64,000 nt of DNA from an uncultured Methanoregulaceae archaeon (GTDB lineage Archaea > Halobacteriota > Methanomicrobia > Methanomicrobiales > Methanospirillaceae). Shown piece by piece: positions 44,302 to 55,636 of this stretch. The notes under the pieces were generated by a model. The model saw nothing but the letters and a program-made list of their open reading frames with translations, was not told where the DNA came from and ran no database searches. The DNA lies in NCBI GenBank assembly GCA_963701095.1, contig OY969564.1, positions 1,248,001 to 1,312,000 of the forward strand, written 5' to 3'. How positions within the stretch are numbered: the first letter of the stretch is position 1; each line of letters starts with the position of its first letter. The position numbers and the translations under genes were made by a program.

Positions 44302-45193
44302 TTACCGCCCGAATGCCTCCCGTGCAAAGGTTCCCGCACGGGATACCGCATCGCGAGCCTCAGGTATCTGTTTGCCAAATATCTGCCATGAATGGAACAT
44401 ACCTTCCCAGATCTCGTACCTGATAGGTATTCCCGCCCAACTCGCTTTCTTTGCAAACGCGGAAATATCATCGAATATGAGCTCGCCAGAACGGCTTGTA
44501 TATAGAGGCGGGGGAGTCTCGACAGGCTGGCATGAATCGGGGAAGCCCGCATATCAACGGGATCTGTCCCGGCAAGGTAATGGGTCCTTATTGTAGCAAG
44601 ACGAGCCGGAGTAAGCCAGTCTTTATTCTGATTTTCAATGACTGAGCCCCCCCAAAAGCAAGATCAACCATAGGTGACATGCAGATAGCTGCGGGAGGCA
44701 TCAGCAGGCGATTATCGCGCAACGAAAGAAGAAGCTCGAGTACAAGATTTCCCCCAGCGGATATACCGATTGGAATAATCTTGTGGGGAGGAACACTATG
44801 ACTGGTAAGGTATCGGTACGCGGCCATTACATCTTCCAGCTGTGCCGGGAAAGGATGCTCTGGCGCAAGCCGGTAATCAACAGAAAAAACCCGGGCCTGG
44901 GCAGATTTTGCGAGTTCCGCACAGAATCCCAGATGGTCTGCCGTTGATCCTACAGAGAAAAAACCGCCGTGAAAGAAGAGGAGGGTTCGATCCTGTATTG
45001 CTCCCGGAACCGAACACCATACCCCCCGCAGATCATCCCGGATCGCCACCTGTTCGGTTGTGGGGCGTTCTTCAGACTGGAATTCTGTGAAAAATTCCGA
45101 GAATTCCTGTCGGGCCACACCGACCGGTTCCCTGGGGTCGGGGACGTACGATTTGAGGGTGTCCAGGAACTCCTGAGGTGTTTCACGAATCAT
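44302..45193 (-). CDS. HSL-family esterase/lipase; frameshifts near 44650 and 44490
   Basis: FHGGFF, DYRLAPEHPFPA, GISAGG, SP; rebuilt tail ASP...G-x-x-E...GMFHSW. Confidence 0.85.
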
Positions 45194-46364
45194 ATTGTGT
45201 GGTTATGGTGCGTTTGGGAAATAAAGTCTGGTACTTGCATTTGCTCACTGACAGAGCCGGACTCAGGTACAAATCTCCTGTACGATCCTTTTGGGACAAA
45301 CATCTCGAAGCGTGCGCCTTTTCCCGCCATTCCGGTTTCATGAATCGTAATACCGGTAATAGAAAGAATCTCACGAGCCAGAAGATCTGCAAATGTTTTC
45401 CCCACTAGTTCAGCCGGACTGTAGCCGATGATGTCCTGAACCTGGGCACTTGCGCTGATGAAATAACCATCAGACGAACTTTCCCAAATCCAGGCATCGA
45501 TTTCCTCTGAAATCATCTGGTACCGCTGGTCAATCATCCGAATTGCATCGTCACTCTTTTGATTTCTTCAAACTGGTATCGCAGACCGTCCTCTGTCACC
45601 ATAAGCTGGTCGATTGCTTTTTTTAGTTCCCCTTCAGAGCGCCGCCGTTCGCTGATATCCCGGACGAATGCAAATATCATTGATCCCTGTTCGCTATAGT
45701 TGAGCACCAGTTCAACAGGGAGATGTAAACCATCTTATTTTACAAGAACTTCTTCAACGGTAGCGTATTTGTATGAGCAGTTTATTCCAGCCATCAGAAA
45801 GAGAGTAATAGGAAAGGCCCGGCCTGACGTCCGAAACAGAGGGCCCGGAAAACTCGTCTGGGGTATACCCTAACATAGTGCAGACAGCCTCGTTGTAATA
45901 TGTGATCCCCCCGTTTACTTTCATCCAGAGGATACCTTCAGATGCATGATCGACGGAAAACTTCATCAGATGCAGTTCAGTTTCTGCCTTTCTCCGCCGC
46001 ACAATCTGTCTTACCCTATGGGAAAGCTCCTTGAACTGTGACCGGGGATCTCCCCCTTTCTGGATATAGGAATCGGCACCGCTGTTGATCGCTTCGATAA
46101 CAACCTCCGCCCGACCCCTGCCAATAAACAGAAGAAAGGGCAGGTCAGGAGCCGCTGGCGTACTTTACGGAGGAATGTTATACCATCAATTTCCAGCATC
46201 TGATAATCAGAAATAATGGCATCGAACTGCCCGGTGTCTAGTCGACCGAGTGCTTCTTTCACCGATGATTCGGTAACGACAGATATGTCTCCTTCCTGCT
46301 CAAGAAAAACCCGGCACAGATCCAGCAATGCAGAGTCATCATCGACATAGAGCAGGGAAATCAT
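45190..46364 (-). pseudogene. degraded receiver-PAS-PAS signalling gene
   Basis: REC domain (LYVDDD, IISDYQM, GADSYIQKGG) and two PAS remnants, broken by three frameshifts and an in-frame TAA at 45735-45737; no kinase domain. Confidence 0.75.
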
Positions 46365-46519
46365 TAATGATTGTTCTCACCTGATACCATTTAATTCTTT
46401 ATCATCCTGCCCCAGATTTTTATTTTTTTTCATGATTTTTTGATAGATGCCTTATGGAAGATGTAAAAAACTATTTATAAGGATACTTTTTTTGAAAGAT
46501 CGGGAGATCACCTGTTCTT

Positions 46520-47322
46520 TCACTTATTGTCCGATAATTTATCCCAGAACCGGGCTAGAATTCGCCAGATCTTTTCGCGTAACTCAAGGACCTGATCTTC
46601 GCTTGCAACAGGTCGGTGACCATGGATACCATCAGTCTCATAGAGCTTCCGGTTTACTTCTATCTGGATCCACGGTATCCCTTTACGCCAGTAATGGGCG
46701 TTTGAAATGAAGCCTCCGGAGAAGGGAACATTGATTGCAACTTCATCTTTTCCTTTAAATTCGTCCCTGAATATCTCTGCAAGGCCCACGACCCAATCCG
46801 CGGGGCAGGTGATAAGGCTCCCGGGTTTTGCCTGACCCGTTTCATCACCATAGTTCCCCAGACAGATGAGCGGCCTGCATTTACCTGCATCACTTTGTTC
46901 TGCGGATCCATACGGGAGCATGGAGTGGCAATCAAACGCTATCTGTATTGGATGTTTGTCGATAATCTCATCGATTCTCTGGTGATAAGGAAAATACCAT
47001 TTCACCATAAGCTGGTGTATAAGATTCAAATCGGGAAGCTGTCCAGGCCGGTAAACCTGCCGCCCGTCCACAGTCCTGACCTTGATGATCCCATCCGGGT
47101 CCCGGGGGGAAGCGGTAACGGCGGACGATTTAGATCGATAACCATTCGGGAAATGGGCGTATCAATTGAAGATTCCACCCACTGGCCGAAGTCAAAAAGT
47201 ATCCTCGTGGCAGGATCGCAATACCAGGATACCTCCTCAGGTAAAAGAGCAAGCCGGCTAGATACTTCCTCCGGTATCTCATTTCCACCATGGGGGATCG
47301 ATATAAGAAAAGGATATTTCAT
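46520..47322 (-). CDS. N-formylglutamate amidohydrolase family protein; frameshift near 47105
   Basis: ISIPHGG, SR-x-VIDLNR, Y-x-PYH, DCHSM, N-x-PFSGG, IQIEVNR-x-LY. Confidence 0.85.
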
Positions 47323-47910
47323 AGGAGTGCTCCCGTTCAAGAGAACCTGAGCCGGGCTTTTTTGTTAATCTTTTGGATAGGGCATCGTGCAGGAAATATT
47401 TCCTTCGTGGTTTTATTGCAAAATACATCGGTTTTCTTTTTTGAAGATTTGGTTCCGGAAAGGCTCATTTCGCTCAGCTCAAATGTAGTATAGTGACCGT
47501 AAGATATATTTACAAAAGCAATTAGATTTCATTTTATTATTATAATTTGAGGCAAATTACCATAAAAAGGATATTTCAACAGGCTCTAATTCACAGTTTA
47601 ATTAATAAAAAAACGTAATATTTACTTATTTTCCAGTGGAAATAAAGGGGTATAAAAGGATGATCAATTTGCCGGATTAGCATAATATTCATTATACAAA
47701 TATATATGAGCAAAGTGAGCCCGAAAAAGAGAGGAAACGTCTCAGCTGCGATCGACTACAAAGAAAGTTGTATTTCTTCAGCAGATCATCAAAAGAGGAG
47801 TACGTCATGGAATTTGCAAAGGATGTTTCTCAAATTGGAAATTGCATAAATCAATTTATTGATGTAGGTGATAAAAGGCGAGGTAAATTATTGAAAAAGA
47901 GATGGGAAAT

Positions 47911-48754
47911 ATGCCGTATATTTCTGTCGGAAAAGAGAATTCGGGAGAGATCGATCTCTACTACGAAGATCATGGTGAGGGAACACCGGTAGTCTTGATC
48001 CATGGATGGCCGCTTTCCGGAGATGCGTGGGAGAAACAGGTGCCAGCCCTGCTTGGCGCGGGATATCGGGTTATTACATATGACCGGCGAGGGTTTGGTC
48101 GCTCCAGTAAGCCTGTAAAAGGTTATGATTTTGATACGTTTGCCCAAGACCTTGACAAATTGATGACTGCACTTAATCTCAACGATGTTACTCTGGTCGG
48201 ATTTTCTATGGGAGGCGGTGAAGTTGCGAGGTATCTTGGTACTATAGGCTCCCGGCGTGTAAGTAAAGCAGTATTTATCTCAGCAATCCCACCTTACCTG
48301 ATAAAAACAAAGGATAACCCGGCAGGCATCGATGGAAGTGTCTTTGAAGGGATTAAAAAGGGAATTGTAGCTGACCGCCCATCATTCCTGACTCAGTTTT
48401 TCCACAATTTCTACAACGCTGATATCCTCAAGGGGAAACTCATTTCGGAAGAGGTAATGAAGCTCAGCTGGAATACAGACTGTCGTCGCTTCACCCATTG
48501 GTACATTAGATTGCGTTACGGCATGGCTGACGGATTTTCGGAAGGATCTTTCAAAGATCACGATCCCTGTTCTCGTTGTCCACGGCAATGCAGATCGTAT
48601 ATGCCCCCTGGAATCTACGGGAAAACGTACGCATGAAGCAATGCCGGGGAGCCAGCTTGTAGTTATAGAAGGAGGGCCGCACGGATTAAACTGGACGCAT
48701 GCCGAACATCTTAACAAGACACTGTTAGTCTTCCTCACGAAACATTCAGGATAA
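47911..48754 (+). CDS. non-heme haloperoxidase/perhydrolase (alpha/beta hydrolase); frameshift near 48478
   Basis: YEDHG-x-G-x-PVVLIHGWPL, YDRRGFG-x-S, GFSMGG; shifted tail HG-x-AD...GGPHG-x-x-WTH. Confidence 0.88.
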
Positions 48755-49098
48755 CCGGGTTCTGGTAATTCTCCGCTGGGATTAAAGCAATAGGAGAGAC
48801 TCAGTGCGGAATTATTGTTGTTACCAATAAGACTAAAACAATTTTTTGACTAAATCTTCACTTTGGGAGAAGGTCAATTTAGTTTTAGCAACCTGATTAG
48901 CAGAATGTTTATACTACAAAATGTAACTTATCTTTTACAAAATGTGATGGGTAACTCATTGCTTACAATGGGGTTCCGTTCATTTTCGATCCCCATCCGT
49001 ACGCTTTATTGGTACGAGCCATCACATTCAGGATTGATTATTATGGCCTGTATTATCATGGAGCAGTTAATAAAATGTAACTGCAGGAAGCGAGTTCC

Positions 49099-50676
49099 GT
49101 GAAATTCATCCGTGTAGCCCTTATTGGATTTATGCTGCTGTGTTTTTTCGGGTGTATTGCAATCCCGGTCGCAGCGGATAACAATACAACCACTACGGCC
49201 ACTACTATTCCAACTACTACAACCACTACTGTTGCTCCAACCACTACGGCAACTACTATTCCAACTACTACAACCACTACTGTTGCTCCAACCACTACGG
49301 CCACTACTATTCCAACTACTACAACCACTACTGTTGCTCCAACCACTACGGCCACTACTATTCCAACTACTACAACCACTACTGTTGCTCCAACCACTAC
49401 GGCTACCACTATTCCAACTACTACCGCAACACCACTGGTTGCCTTATTCACAGCATCACCCACTTCGGGTACTGCACCTCTCACGGTACAATTTAGAGAT
49501 ACATCTACCGGATCTCCCACTACCTGGGACTGGAACTTCGGTGATGGAGATTCGAGTAACAATGAAAACCCATCGTACGTGTATACAACTGCTGGAACCT
49601 ACTATGTCCAACTCACGATCGGAGATGGAGGGGTTCTTCCTGGCAGCACCAGCACTCAAACTACCCCTATAACGGTGACAGGTGGAACAAATTCACTTCC
49701 GGTTGTGACGAGCATATCGCCGACATATGGGCCGATTTCTACGGGCACTACAATAACCATCACCGGGACAGGTTTTACCGGCGCAACTGGAGTTACAGTT
49801 GGGGGTACTGCAGCAATCGACGTTGTGGTTGTTAGTAGCACTGAAATTACTGCAACTACCCCGGCAAGTTCGACCGCGGGACCAGTTGATGTTATTGTTT
49901 CAACCCCGGAAGGCACATCCACAGCAGTCGCCGGTGACAAATACAACTTTGCAGCGGCAGCAACGTCAATCCCGGTACCGATATTTTACGCGACACCAAC
50001 TTCAGGGACTGCACCACTTGAAGTTACCTTCACTGATGAATCCACGGGAAACCCGGCGTCCTGGAGCTGGACCTTCGGGGACGGTAATACGAGCACTCTG
50101 CAAAATCCAACCAACACCTATGCTACCGACGGAACGTATACGGTCTCATTGACTGAAGTAAACTCTCTTGGCACAAATGAAACCACAATGACGGGATACA
50201 TCGTGGTCGGAGCCGCAACACCGGTTGCTGCATTTTCTGCGTCGCCCTTATCGGGCCTCGCACCCCTCACCGTTCAGTTTGTGGACCAATCTACCAATTC
50301 ACCTACGCAATGGGAATGGTCATTCGGGGATGGGAGTACGGGATCCACTGAAAACCCGTCTCATATCTATACGAACCCGGGGACCTATACAGCAACCCTC
50401 GTATCCATGAACTCATTGGGCAGTAGTACAAATGGCCCTACCCAGACCATTACAGTTAACGCAGGAGGAGCGGCAACGACAATTCCCACGTTCACAACAG
50501 CACCTACCTTCGCGGTTGGCGCCGAATCCACAACATCCTCGGTGAGTTCCTGGCTTGCACAGCAACAAGCTATTGCAACAGTAGTGCCTACCCATAAGTC
50601 CCCGGGATATGACGCGTTTGTTGCGCTTATCGGGTGCGGGATTATTGCAGGTATCGCCCTTCACAGGAAAAAGTAA
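49099..50676 (+). CDS. cell-surface glycoprotein: Thr-rich repeats, PKD, IPT/TIG, PKD, PKD, PGF-CTERM-like anchor
   Basis: signal peptide; three SG-x-APL-x-V-x-F-x-D-x-ST...W-x-W-x-FGDG PKD units; ISP-x-x-GP...ITGTGF IPT unit; C-terminal SPGY, TM segment, RKK. Confidence 0.9.
   Translation: MKFIRVALIGFMLLCFFGCIAIPVAADNNTTTTATTIPTTTTTTVAPTTTATTIPTTTTTTVAPTTTATTIPTTTTTTVAPTTTATTIPTTTTTTVAPTTTATTIPTTTATPLVALFTASPTSGTAPLTVQFRDTSTGSPTTWDWNFGDGDSSNNENPSYVYTTAGTYYVQLTIGDGGVLPGSTSTQTTPITVTGGTNSLPVVTSISPTYGPISTGTTITITGTGFTGATGVTVGGTAAIDVVVVSSTEITATTPASSTAGPVDVIVSTPEGTSTAVAGDKYNFAAAATSIPVPIFYATPTSGTAPLEVTFTDESTGNPASWSWTFGDGNTSTLQNPTNTYATDGTYTVSLTEVNSLGTNETTMTGYIVVGAATPVAAFSASPLSGLAPLTVQFVDQSTNSPTQWEWSFGDGSTGSTENPSHIYTNPGTYTATLVSMNSLGSSTNGPTQTITVNAGGAATTIPTFTTAPTFAVGAESTTSSVSSWLAQQQAIATVVPTHKSPGYDAFVALIGCGIIAGIALHRKK
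49189..49425 (+). repeat. 51-bp in-frame tandem repeat, about 4.6 copies (TTTATTIPTTTTTTVAP)
   Basis: units start at 49189, 49240, 49291, 49342 and 49393 (partial); near-identical. Confidence 0.95.
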
Positions 50677-50843
50677 TAAGTCCATTTTTTTAACAATGTC
50701 CCCAGATTCATACAAACTGACATGCATTTCTGAATGTCATCGATGGTGTTTTTCCCCGAAAACTACCCTTGCTTGTCATCCTCAACAAAGATATACAGTT
50801 GATCGTTGATATGATACTTATACAAACAGGAGAACCCAGATGA

Positions 50844-51515
50844 GTGACGACAGACTTTTATGACCAGCAGCCGTTGGGAACCGTTACCTTCGCAGAAAAT
50901 CCAGAACCCCGGTGTCCCTGCCTCCTGTTGCTGGATACATCCGGTTCCATGGCGGGAAAGGCGATAGCGGAGCTCAATGCCGGGTTGCGATCCTTTTACG
51001 AGGAACTTCAGAGTGATTCCCTTGCCGTAAAACGAGTGGAAGTAGCACTCGTTTCCTTCGGCCCGGTCCGGGTCATTTCAGAATTCAATACCGCGGATTT
51101 CTTTCTCGATCCCACGCTTGAAGCAGAAGGGGACACACCTCTTGGTGAAGCAATTCTTAAAGGAATTGATCTGATTAGGAAACGCAAAGAGGAATACCGG
51201 GCAAACGGGATCTCTTTTTACCGGCCCTGGATCTTTTTGATAACCGACGGGTCTCCAACGGACGAGTGGCAGCGCGCTGCAGCTGCCGTTCGAGAAGGTG
51301 AAAGTTCAAAATCGTTTGCTTTTTTCGCGGTCGGTGTCCAGAACGCTGATATGTCAGTTCTCAGGCAGATAACGGTCCGGCAGCCACTTAAGCTCCAGGG
51401 CCTCAAATTCCGGGAATTCTTCCAGTGGCTCTCAAATTCCATGAAATCGGCCTCCCGGAGCAATCCGGGAGACAGGTTACTGCTTTCTCCACCGTCAGGG
51501 TGGAGCGAGATATGA
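50844..51515 (+). CDS. terY: TerY/YegL-like von Willebrand factor A domain protein
   Basis: [19 protein letters not shown] (MIDAS), [15 protein letters not shown], F-x-EFF-x-WLS-x-S, C-terminal P-x-GW. Confidence 0.88.
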   Translation: MTTDFYDQQPLGTVTFAENPEPRCPCLLLLDTSGSMAGKAIAELNAGLRSFYEELQSDSLAVKRVEVALVSFGPVRVISEFNTADFFLDPTLEAEGDTPLGEAILKGIDLIRKRKEEYRANGISFYRPWIFLITDGSPTDEWQRAAAAVREGESSKSFAFFAVGVQNADMSVLRQITVRQPLKLQGLKFREFFQWLSNSMKSASRSNPGDRLLLSPPSGWSEI

Positions 51516-52282
51516 CCTGGAAACATCTCTCCCTTTCAGTTACGGGAAAATCGCATAGTGATCGGAACGAACCGGGTCAGGATTACTGCCGGGCTGGATC
51601 TATCCGGATCTCGGACCGGGATTTTTTTATCGGTATAACCGCGGATGGTGCGGGCAGTACAACCAATGGGGGTATCGGTGCAGAAATTGCCTGTGAATCG
51701 ATGTACTCCCAAATCCTTTCTTCTATCCATGAAGGAAAGGCTATTTCATCCGTCACTAACGACGACATCACTGAGTGGATCTTCACGGCCCGCGAGATCG
51801 TCGTTGCCCATGCAAAACAAAATGGCCAGCGGGTAAAAGACTATGCCTGCACGCTTATCGGCGTTGTGATGGCCATCGACAATTCACTCTTTTTCCAGAT
51901 CGGAGATGGTTGCATCGTGTTTGGAGACAAAACAGGATACTCCACGGTTTTTTGGCCGGAACAGGGAGAATATGCAAACATGACTTATTTTGTAACCGAC
52001 GATGATTTTCGGGAGCACATCAGGATAGATCATAAGGAAACCCCGCCGGATGAGGTTGCGCTTTTCACCGATGGTCTCCAGAATCTTGTACTCTCATTTT
52101 CTTCACGGACTGTACATGAAGGGTTTTTCCGGCCATTATTTGCTGCACTGAGAAGCGAACCGGGAAATGAATGTCAGAGTCTGTCCGCTCACCTAGCTGC
52201 ACTGCTTCTGCGGGATGATGTAAATGCCCGAAGCGACGATGACAAAACCCTGATTCTTGCCGTTAACATTCCCACGAGCTGA
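51512..52282 (+). CDS. PP2C-like phosphatase (YegK/PphC-like)
   Basis: SV-x-G-x-SH...QD, ADGAGS, ACTL, QIGDG, GEYAN-x-T-x-F, FTDGLQ, DDDKTL; ATGA overlap with terY. Confidence 0.9.
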   Translation: MTWKHLSLSVTGKSHSDRNEPGQDYCRAGSIRISDRDFFIGITADGAGSTTNGGIGAEIACESMYSQILSSIHEGKAISSVTNDDITEWIFTAREIVVAHAKQNGQRVKDYACTLIGVVMAIDNSLFFQIGDGCIVFGDKTGYSTVFWPEQGEYANMTYFVTDDDFREHIRIDHKETPPDEVALFTDGLQNLVLSFSSRTVHEGFFRPLFAALRSEPGNECQSLSAHLAALLLRDDVNARSDDDKTLILAVNIPTS

Positions 52283-52287
52283 AAAAA

Positions 52288-54267
52288 ATGAGCCCGTCAC
52301 CCAACCTCTACGACAGCAGAGGCAACCACGTCAGCCTTGGAAAAAAGGTGGGCAGTGGAGGGGAGGGGGATGTCTTTGAAATTGCACCTCACCGGAAAGA
52401 TGTTCTGGCGAAAATCTATCACAAGCCACTTGCCGGTGAACGGCAGGAAAAACTCAGCCTGATGGTCAGCGGCTGTAATGACGAACTAAAGGAATTTGCT
52501 GCGTGGCCTCTGGATCTTCTTCATGAGAGTAAAGGCGGCCCTGTTTGCGGTTTTGTAATGCCGAGGATCACTGATTGCGAACCGATCCACCGGGTCTATG
52601 GCCCCTCGCACAGGAAAGAATCCTTTCCCAATGCAGACTGGAAGTTCCTGGTGAGAACGGCAAAAAACCTCGCTGCTGCCTTTTACATCATCCACAAGTA
52701 CGGTTATGTAGTTGGTGATGTCAATGAGGGTAATATTCTGGTCACAAAAAAAGCATGCGTTCGTCTTATAGATTGTGACTCGTTCCAGGTCAAGGCCCAT
52801 GACAAGACCTATTTCTGCGAAGTGGGGGTTGCCCAGTTTACTCCTCCTGAGCTTCAAAAATCAAAAGATTTTAAGATGCTTCGCACCCAGAATCATGACA
52901 ATTTCGGGCTTGCTATCCTTATATTCCTGCTACTCTTTATGGGCAGGCACCCGTTCTCCGGGGTCTATAAGGGAAAAGACGATATGCCTATAGAACGGGC
53001 AATTGCTGAACACCGGTTTGCATTTGGCAGGAACGCTTCACAGAAAGCAATTGCACCCCCGCCAAACGCAGTCGGCCTGTCCGTTGTTCCCAGTGATGTT
53101 TCCGGTCTTTTTGAGCAGTCTTTTGCCGATCCAAAAATCCAGGACCACGAAAGACCGACGGCAAATGACTGGTGGAACGTGCTTGATTCACTTGAAAAAC
53201 GGCTTAAAAAATGCTCAAATGAATCTATGCACACCTATTATACCGGTCTCACTGCCTGTCCGTGGTGCAACCTGGAAAACAGTTCCGGGGTACTATTATT
53301 CCTGAGTTCGGATGCAATCTCGCGGATCGATTTAACCGCAGAGTGGCAGAAGGTTCTTGCGATTAAACCGCCGGGACCTGTTCCTGAAATCAGCCCGCAG
53401 AAGTTCCATTGTATGCCATCACCATTATCCCCTGAAATCTCTCGCGCTGTCAGAATGGGAAAAATACGGCAGACCGCACAAGTTGTGCTTCTGATCACCA
53501 GTGCCTTTGCCATTCTGGTACCAGCAGGTTTAGGGAATATTGGCCCGATTGATTCCATAGGAATTATCCTTGCGGGTTTGGCAGGACTTCTCCAGATTTT
53601 ACCCGGTAAAGACAAGGTTGAAAAGAAACGCCGGAAAAAAGTATTCGAAGATGCTCGGTATAGCTGGCATCTCTGGGAAAAGAAATGGAAGACTGAAGCT
53701 GGTGATACAGAATTTCTCGCCAGGTTAAAAGCGCTTACGGCTGCCAAAGAAAAATACGAGACGATAGCACGTGAATACAAGAATGCCGTCGCTGCGCTTC
53801 AGCACACATCACGAGACCGCCAGCTAAAAAAATTCCTGAAAAACTGTTTAATTGACTCCAGTTCTTTACCCTGGCTCAGCGAAAACCAGAAAGCTGCGCT
53901 CCGGTCAAGGGGAATAGAATCTGCGGCAGATGTAGTCTACCAAAAGATTACTAACCTACCGGGTTTTGACGCCGCACTCACAAACAATCTGATAAAATGG
54001 AGCAAGCAACAGGAAGACAAGTTCGTATTTGACGAAAACTCACGCGTCTCTGTGTCTGATATCCAAGGCTTGATCCATACGTTTCAACCAAAAATCCGGC
54101 CGGTTGAACACGAAATCTTGTCAGGTGTCGAAAAACTATACTCAACCCAGCAGAAAATTCTCGTAAATCGCACGAAGTTTCAGCCAGTCATAGAAAAAAG
54201 TGCAAAAGATCTCGCCCAAGCCTACGCAAATTTCTCTGTTTTTACCCTGACCGGGAAATTATTTTGA
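52288..54267 (+). CDS. YegI-like Ser/Thr kinase with Cys/His motif, TM hairpin and C-terminal HhH-like domain
   Basis: GSGGEGDV, AKIY, WP, VGDVN-x-x-N, LIDCDSFQ, PPELQ, D-x-FGLA, GRHPFSG, C...H...CPWC, two TM segments, GIESAAD...PGF. Confidence 0.9.
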   Translation: MSPSPNLYDSRGNHVSLGKKVGSGGEGDVFEIAPHRKDVLAKIYHKPLAGERQEKLSLMVSGCNDELKEFAAWPLDLLHESKGGPVCGFVMPRITDCEPIHRVYGPSHRKESFPNADWKFLVRTAKNLAAAFYIIHKYGYVVGDVNEGNILVTKKACVRLIDCDSFQVKAHDKTYFCEVGVAQFTPPELQKSKDFKMLRTQNHDNFGLAILIFLLLFMGRHPFSGVYKGKDDMPIERAIAEHRFAFGRNASQKAIAPPPNAVGLSVVPSDVSGLFEQSFADPKIQDHERPTANDWWNVLDSLEKRLKKCSNESMHTYYTGLTACPWCNLENSSGVLLFLSSDAISRIDLTAEWQKVLAIKPPGPVPEISPQKFHCMPSPLSPEISRAVRMGKIRQTAQVVLLITSAFAILVPAGLGNIGPIDSIGIILAGLAGLLQILPGKDKVEKKRRKKVFEDARYSWHLWEKKWKTEAGDTEFLARLKALTAAKEKYETIAREYKNAVAALQHTSRDRQLKKFLKNCLIDSSSLPWLSENQKAALRSRGIESAADVVYQKITNLPGFDAALTNNLIKWSKQQEDKFVFDENSRVSVSDIQGLIHTFQPKIRPVEHEILSGVEKLYSTQQKILVNRTKFQPVIEKSAKDLAQAYANFSVFTLTGKLF

Positions 54268-54365
54268 GTTTTTCCTGCCCGGATGAATGAAAAACACTCG
54301 TCGCAACCAGCGTTCAATTTTTTCCTGAGATAGAGATAAATTTCGGGGACACCATAAGATCAATA

Positions 54366-54695
54366 ATGAAATATACATCACGGCATGTGAAAAAATTCCT
54401 TGAAGAAGGGAAAATCGATCCAGAACTCTGGAAGATCCATTTCCCCCACGTTCTCCCTTCCCATGTTCCTGAATGTAGCGAATGCGAAGATAAAAAGAAT
54501 GATCTCTGTCAGGGCGGAAAAAACCCGGTAGACTGTTTCCTGGGCATTTATGCAGAAAGTGAAGCGGCAAAAATTTCCGATAACGACCGGAAAGCCCGAA
54601 AGGACAAATCCAAGAAATTTTTCCCGGACGCGAAAGGAAAGAAGTCGAAGGTGCCCGCAGGAGCGAATATCAGCTTTGACCAGTCAAAAATGTGA
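54366..54695 (+). CDS. small hypothetical protein with a four-Cys cluster
   Basis: C-x2-C-x7-C-x8-C followed by a Lys-rich tail. Confidence 0.65.
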   Translation: MKYTSRHVKKFLEEGKIDPELWKIHFPHVLPSHVPECSECEDKKNDLCQGGKNPVDCFLGIYAESEAAKISDNDRKARKDKSKKFFPDAKGKKSKVPAGANISFDQSKM

Positions 54696-54856
54696 AGACG
54701 CTCCCTGAATTGTTCCGGGAATGCTCAGTATTATTTACGGTTGGCTAATTTCGTTCTTCGAGGAAAATCCCCTTTTTCTCCCTTTTGCCCCCCAAAAAAA
54801 TGCATGGGGTATACCATACACATATTCTTTGTGTTTTGTATTGTCTTCGGATGACC

Positions 54857-55636
54857 TTACTCGTTGAATTTTTTATAAAGCCGGTGTGCCACAAACTGGA
54901 AGATCAAAATAAAGATCAAAAGTGCCACAATATCCCACACTGGAGAAAAGAGCGAGGTTCCGGTATATGCATAGGATATCATATCGTTCCCATACGTCAA
55001 TGGCGAAAAGAGTGCGATGATCTGGCCAATCTGCGGAATTTGTGAAATTGGGATAAAGACACCGGAAATAAAGATGAGAGGCAGGCGGACCGTATTGAGC
55101 ATCGACATTACTTCTCCAACGTTTTCGGTCGGATAAGCCGCAAAGAGGGTACCAAGGGTGGCAAAGCAGAATGCAGTCAGGGCCATGGCGATAATAAGTG
55201 CCAGAACATGTTCTATCGATGTACTAAACATCACAATCCCGATAACAAGGGGGAGACAAGCTATACCCATGCTGTAAAGGAAACCGCTGACGCTCTCACC
55301 GAAAACCAGTGAATGAAGAGAAATTGGTGCTGAGAGAAGCCGGTCAAATGTCTTTACCCGCCTTTCAATGGGGATGGAGACCGGCTCTATCGAGGAAGCA
55401 GAGAAAAGGAGTGTAATAGCAATGAGGCCCGGGATGAGGGAACCCGGCGGTGCATTCTTACCGATAGCAAACGCGAGAAACATGAAAACGGGAAAGAGGA
55501 TACCGGAGACAATGATATTTGGCTTGATGTAGTAGGTTACCATGTCCTTACGCGAGATCGCCCACGCGGCAGAGATCTCGTGGCTGATCCGTACAAACCA
55601 CGCATTTGTTCTTTCTTTCTCTTCAGTCGATAGCAT
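54857..55636 (-). CDS. ABC-2 type exporter permease
   Basis: six TM; ER...RLL-x-API, F-x-SGVF-x-P, SPLTY. Confidence 0.9.
   Translation of the reverse strand: MLSTEEKERTNAWFVRISHEISAAWAISRKDMVTYYIKPNIIVSGILFPVFMFLAFAIGKNAPPGSLIPGLIAITLLFSASSIEPVSIPIERRVKTFDRLLSAPISLHSLVFGESVSGFLYSMGIACLPLVIGIVMFSTSIEHVLALIIAMALTAFCFATLGTLFAAYPTENVGEVMSMLNTVRLPLIFISGVFIPISQIPQIGQIIALFSPLTYGNDMISYAYTGTSLFSPVWDIVALLIFILIFQFVAHRLYKKFNE

Noticed and set aside
47340..47910. Long AT-rich intergenic region with a GAGGAG-led ORF (about 47807-47992)
   Set aside because: The ORF overlaps the haloperoxidase start out of frame and has no motif; no convincing RNA structure. Most likely divergent promoter DNA.
49189..49425. 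Tandem repeats as a possible CRISPR array
   Set aside because: No unique spacers; the units are contiguous, in-frame 51-mers inside a CDS; no cas genes in the window.
49056..49672. Val-rich antisense and Leu/Gln-rich alternate-frame ORFs over the repeat
   Set aside because: Shadows of the Thr-codon repeat in the real surface-protein gene.
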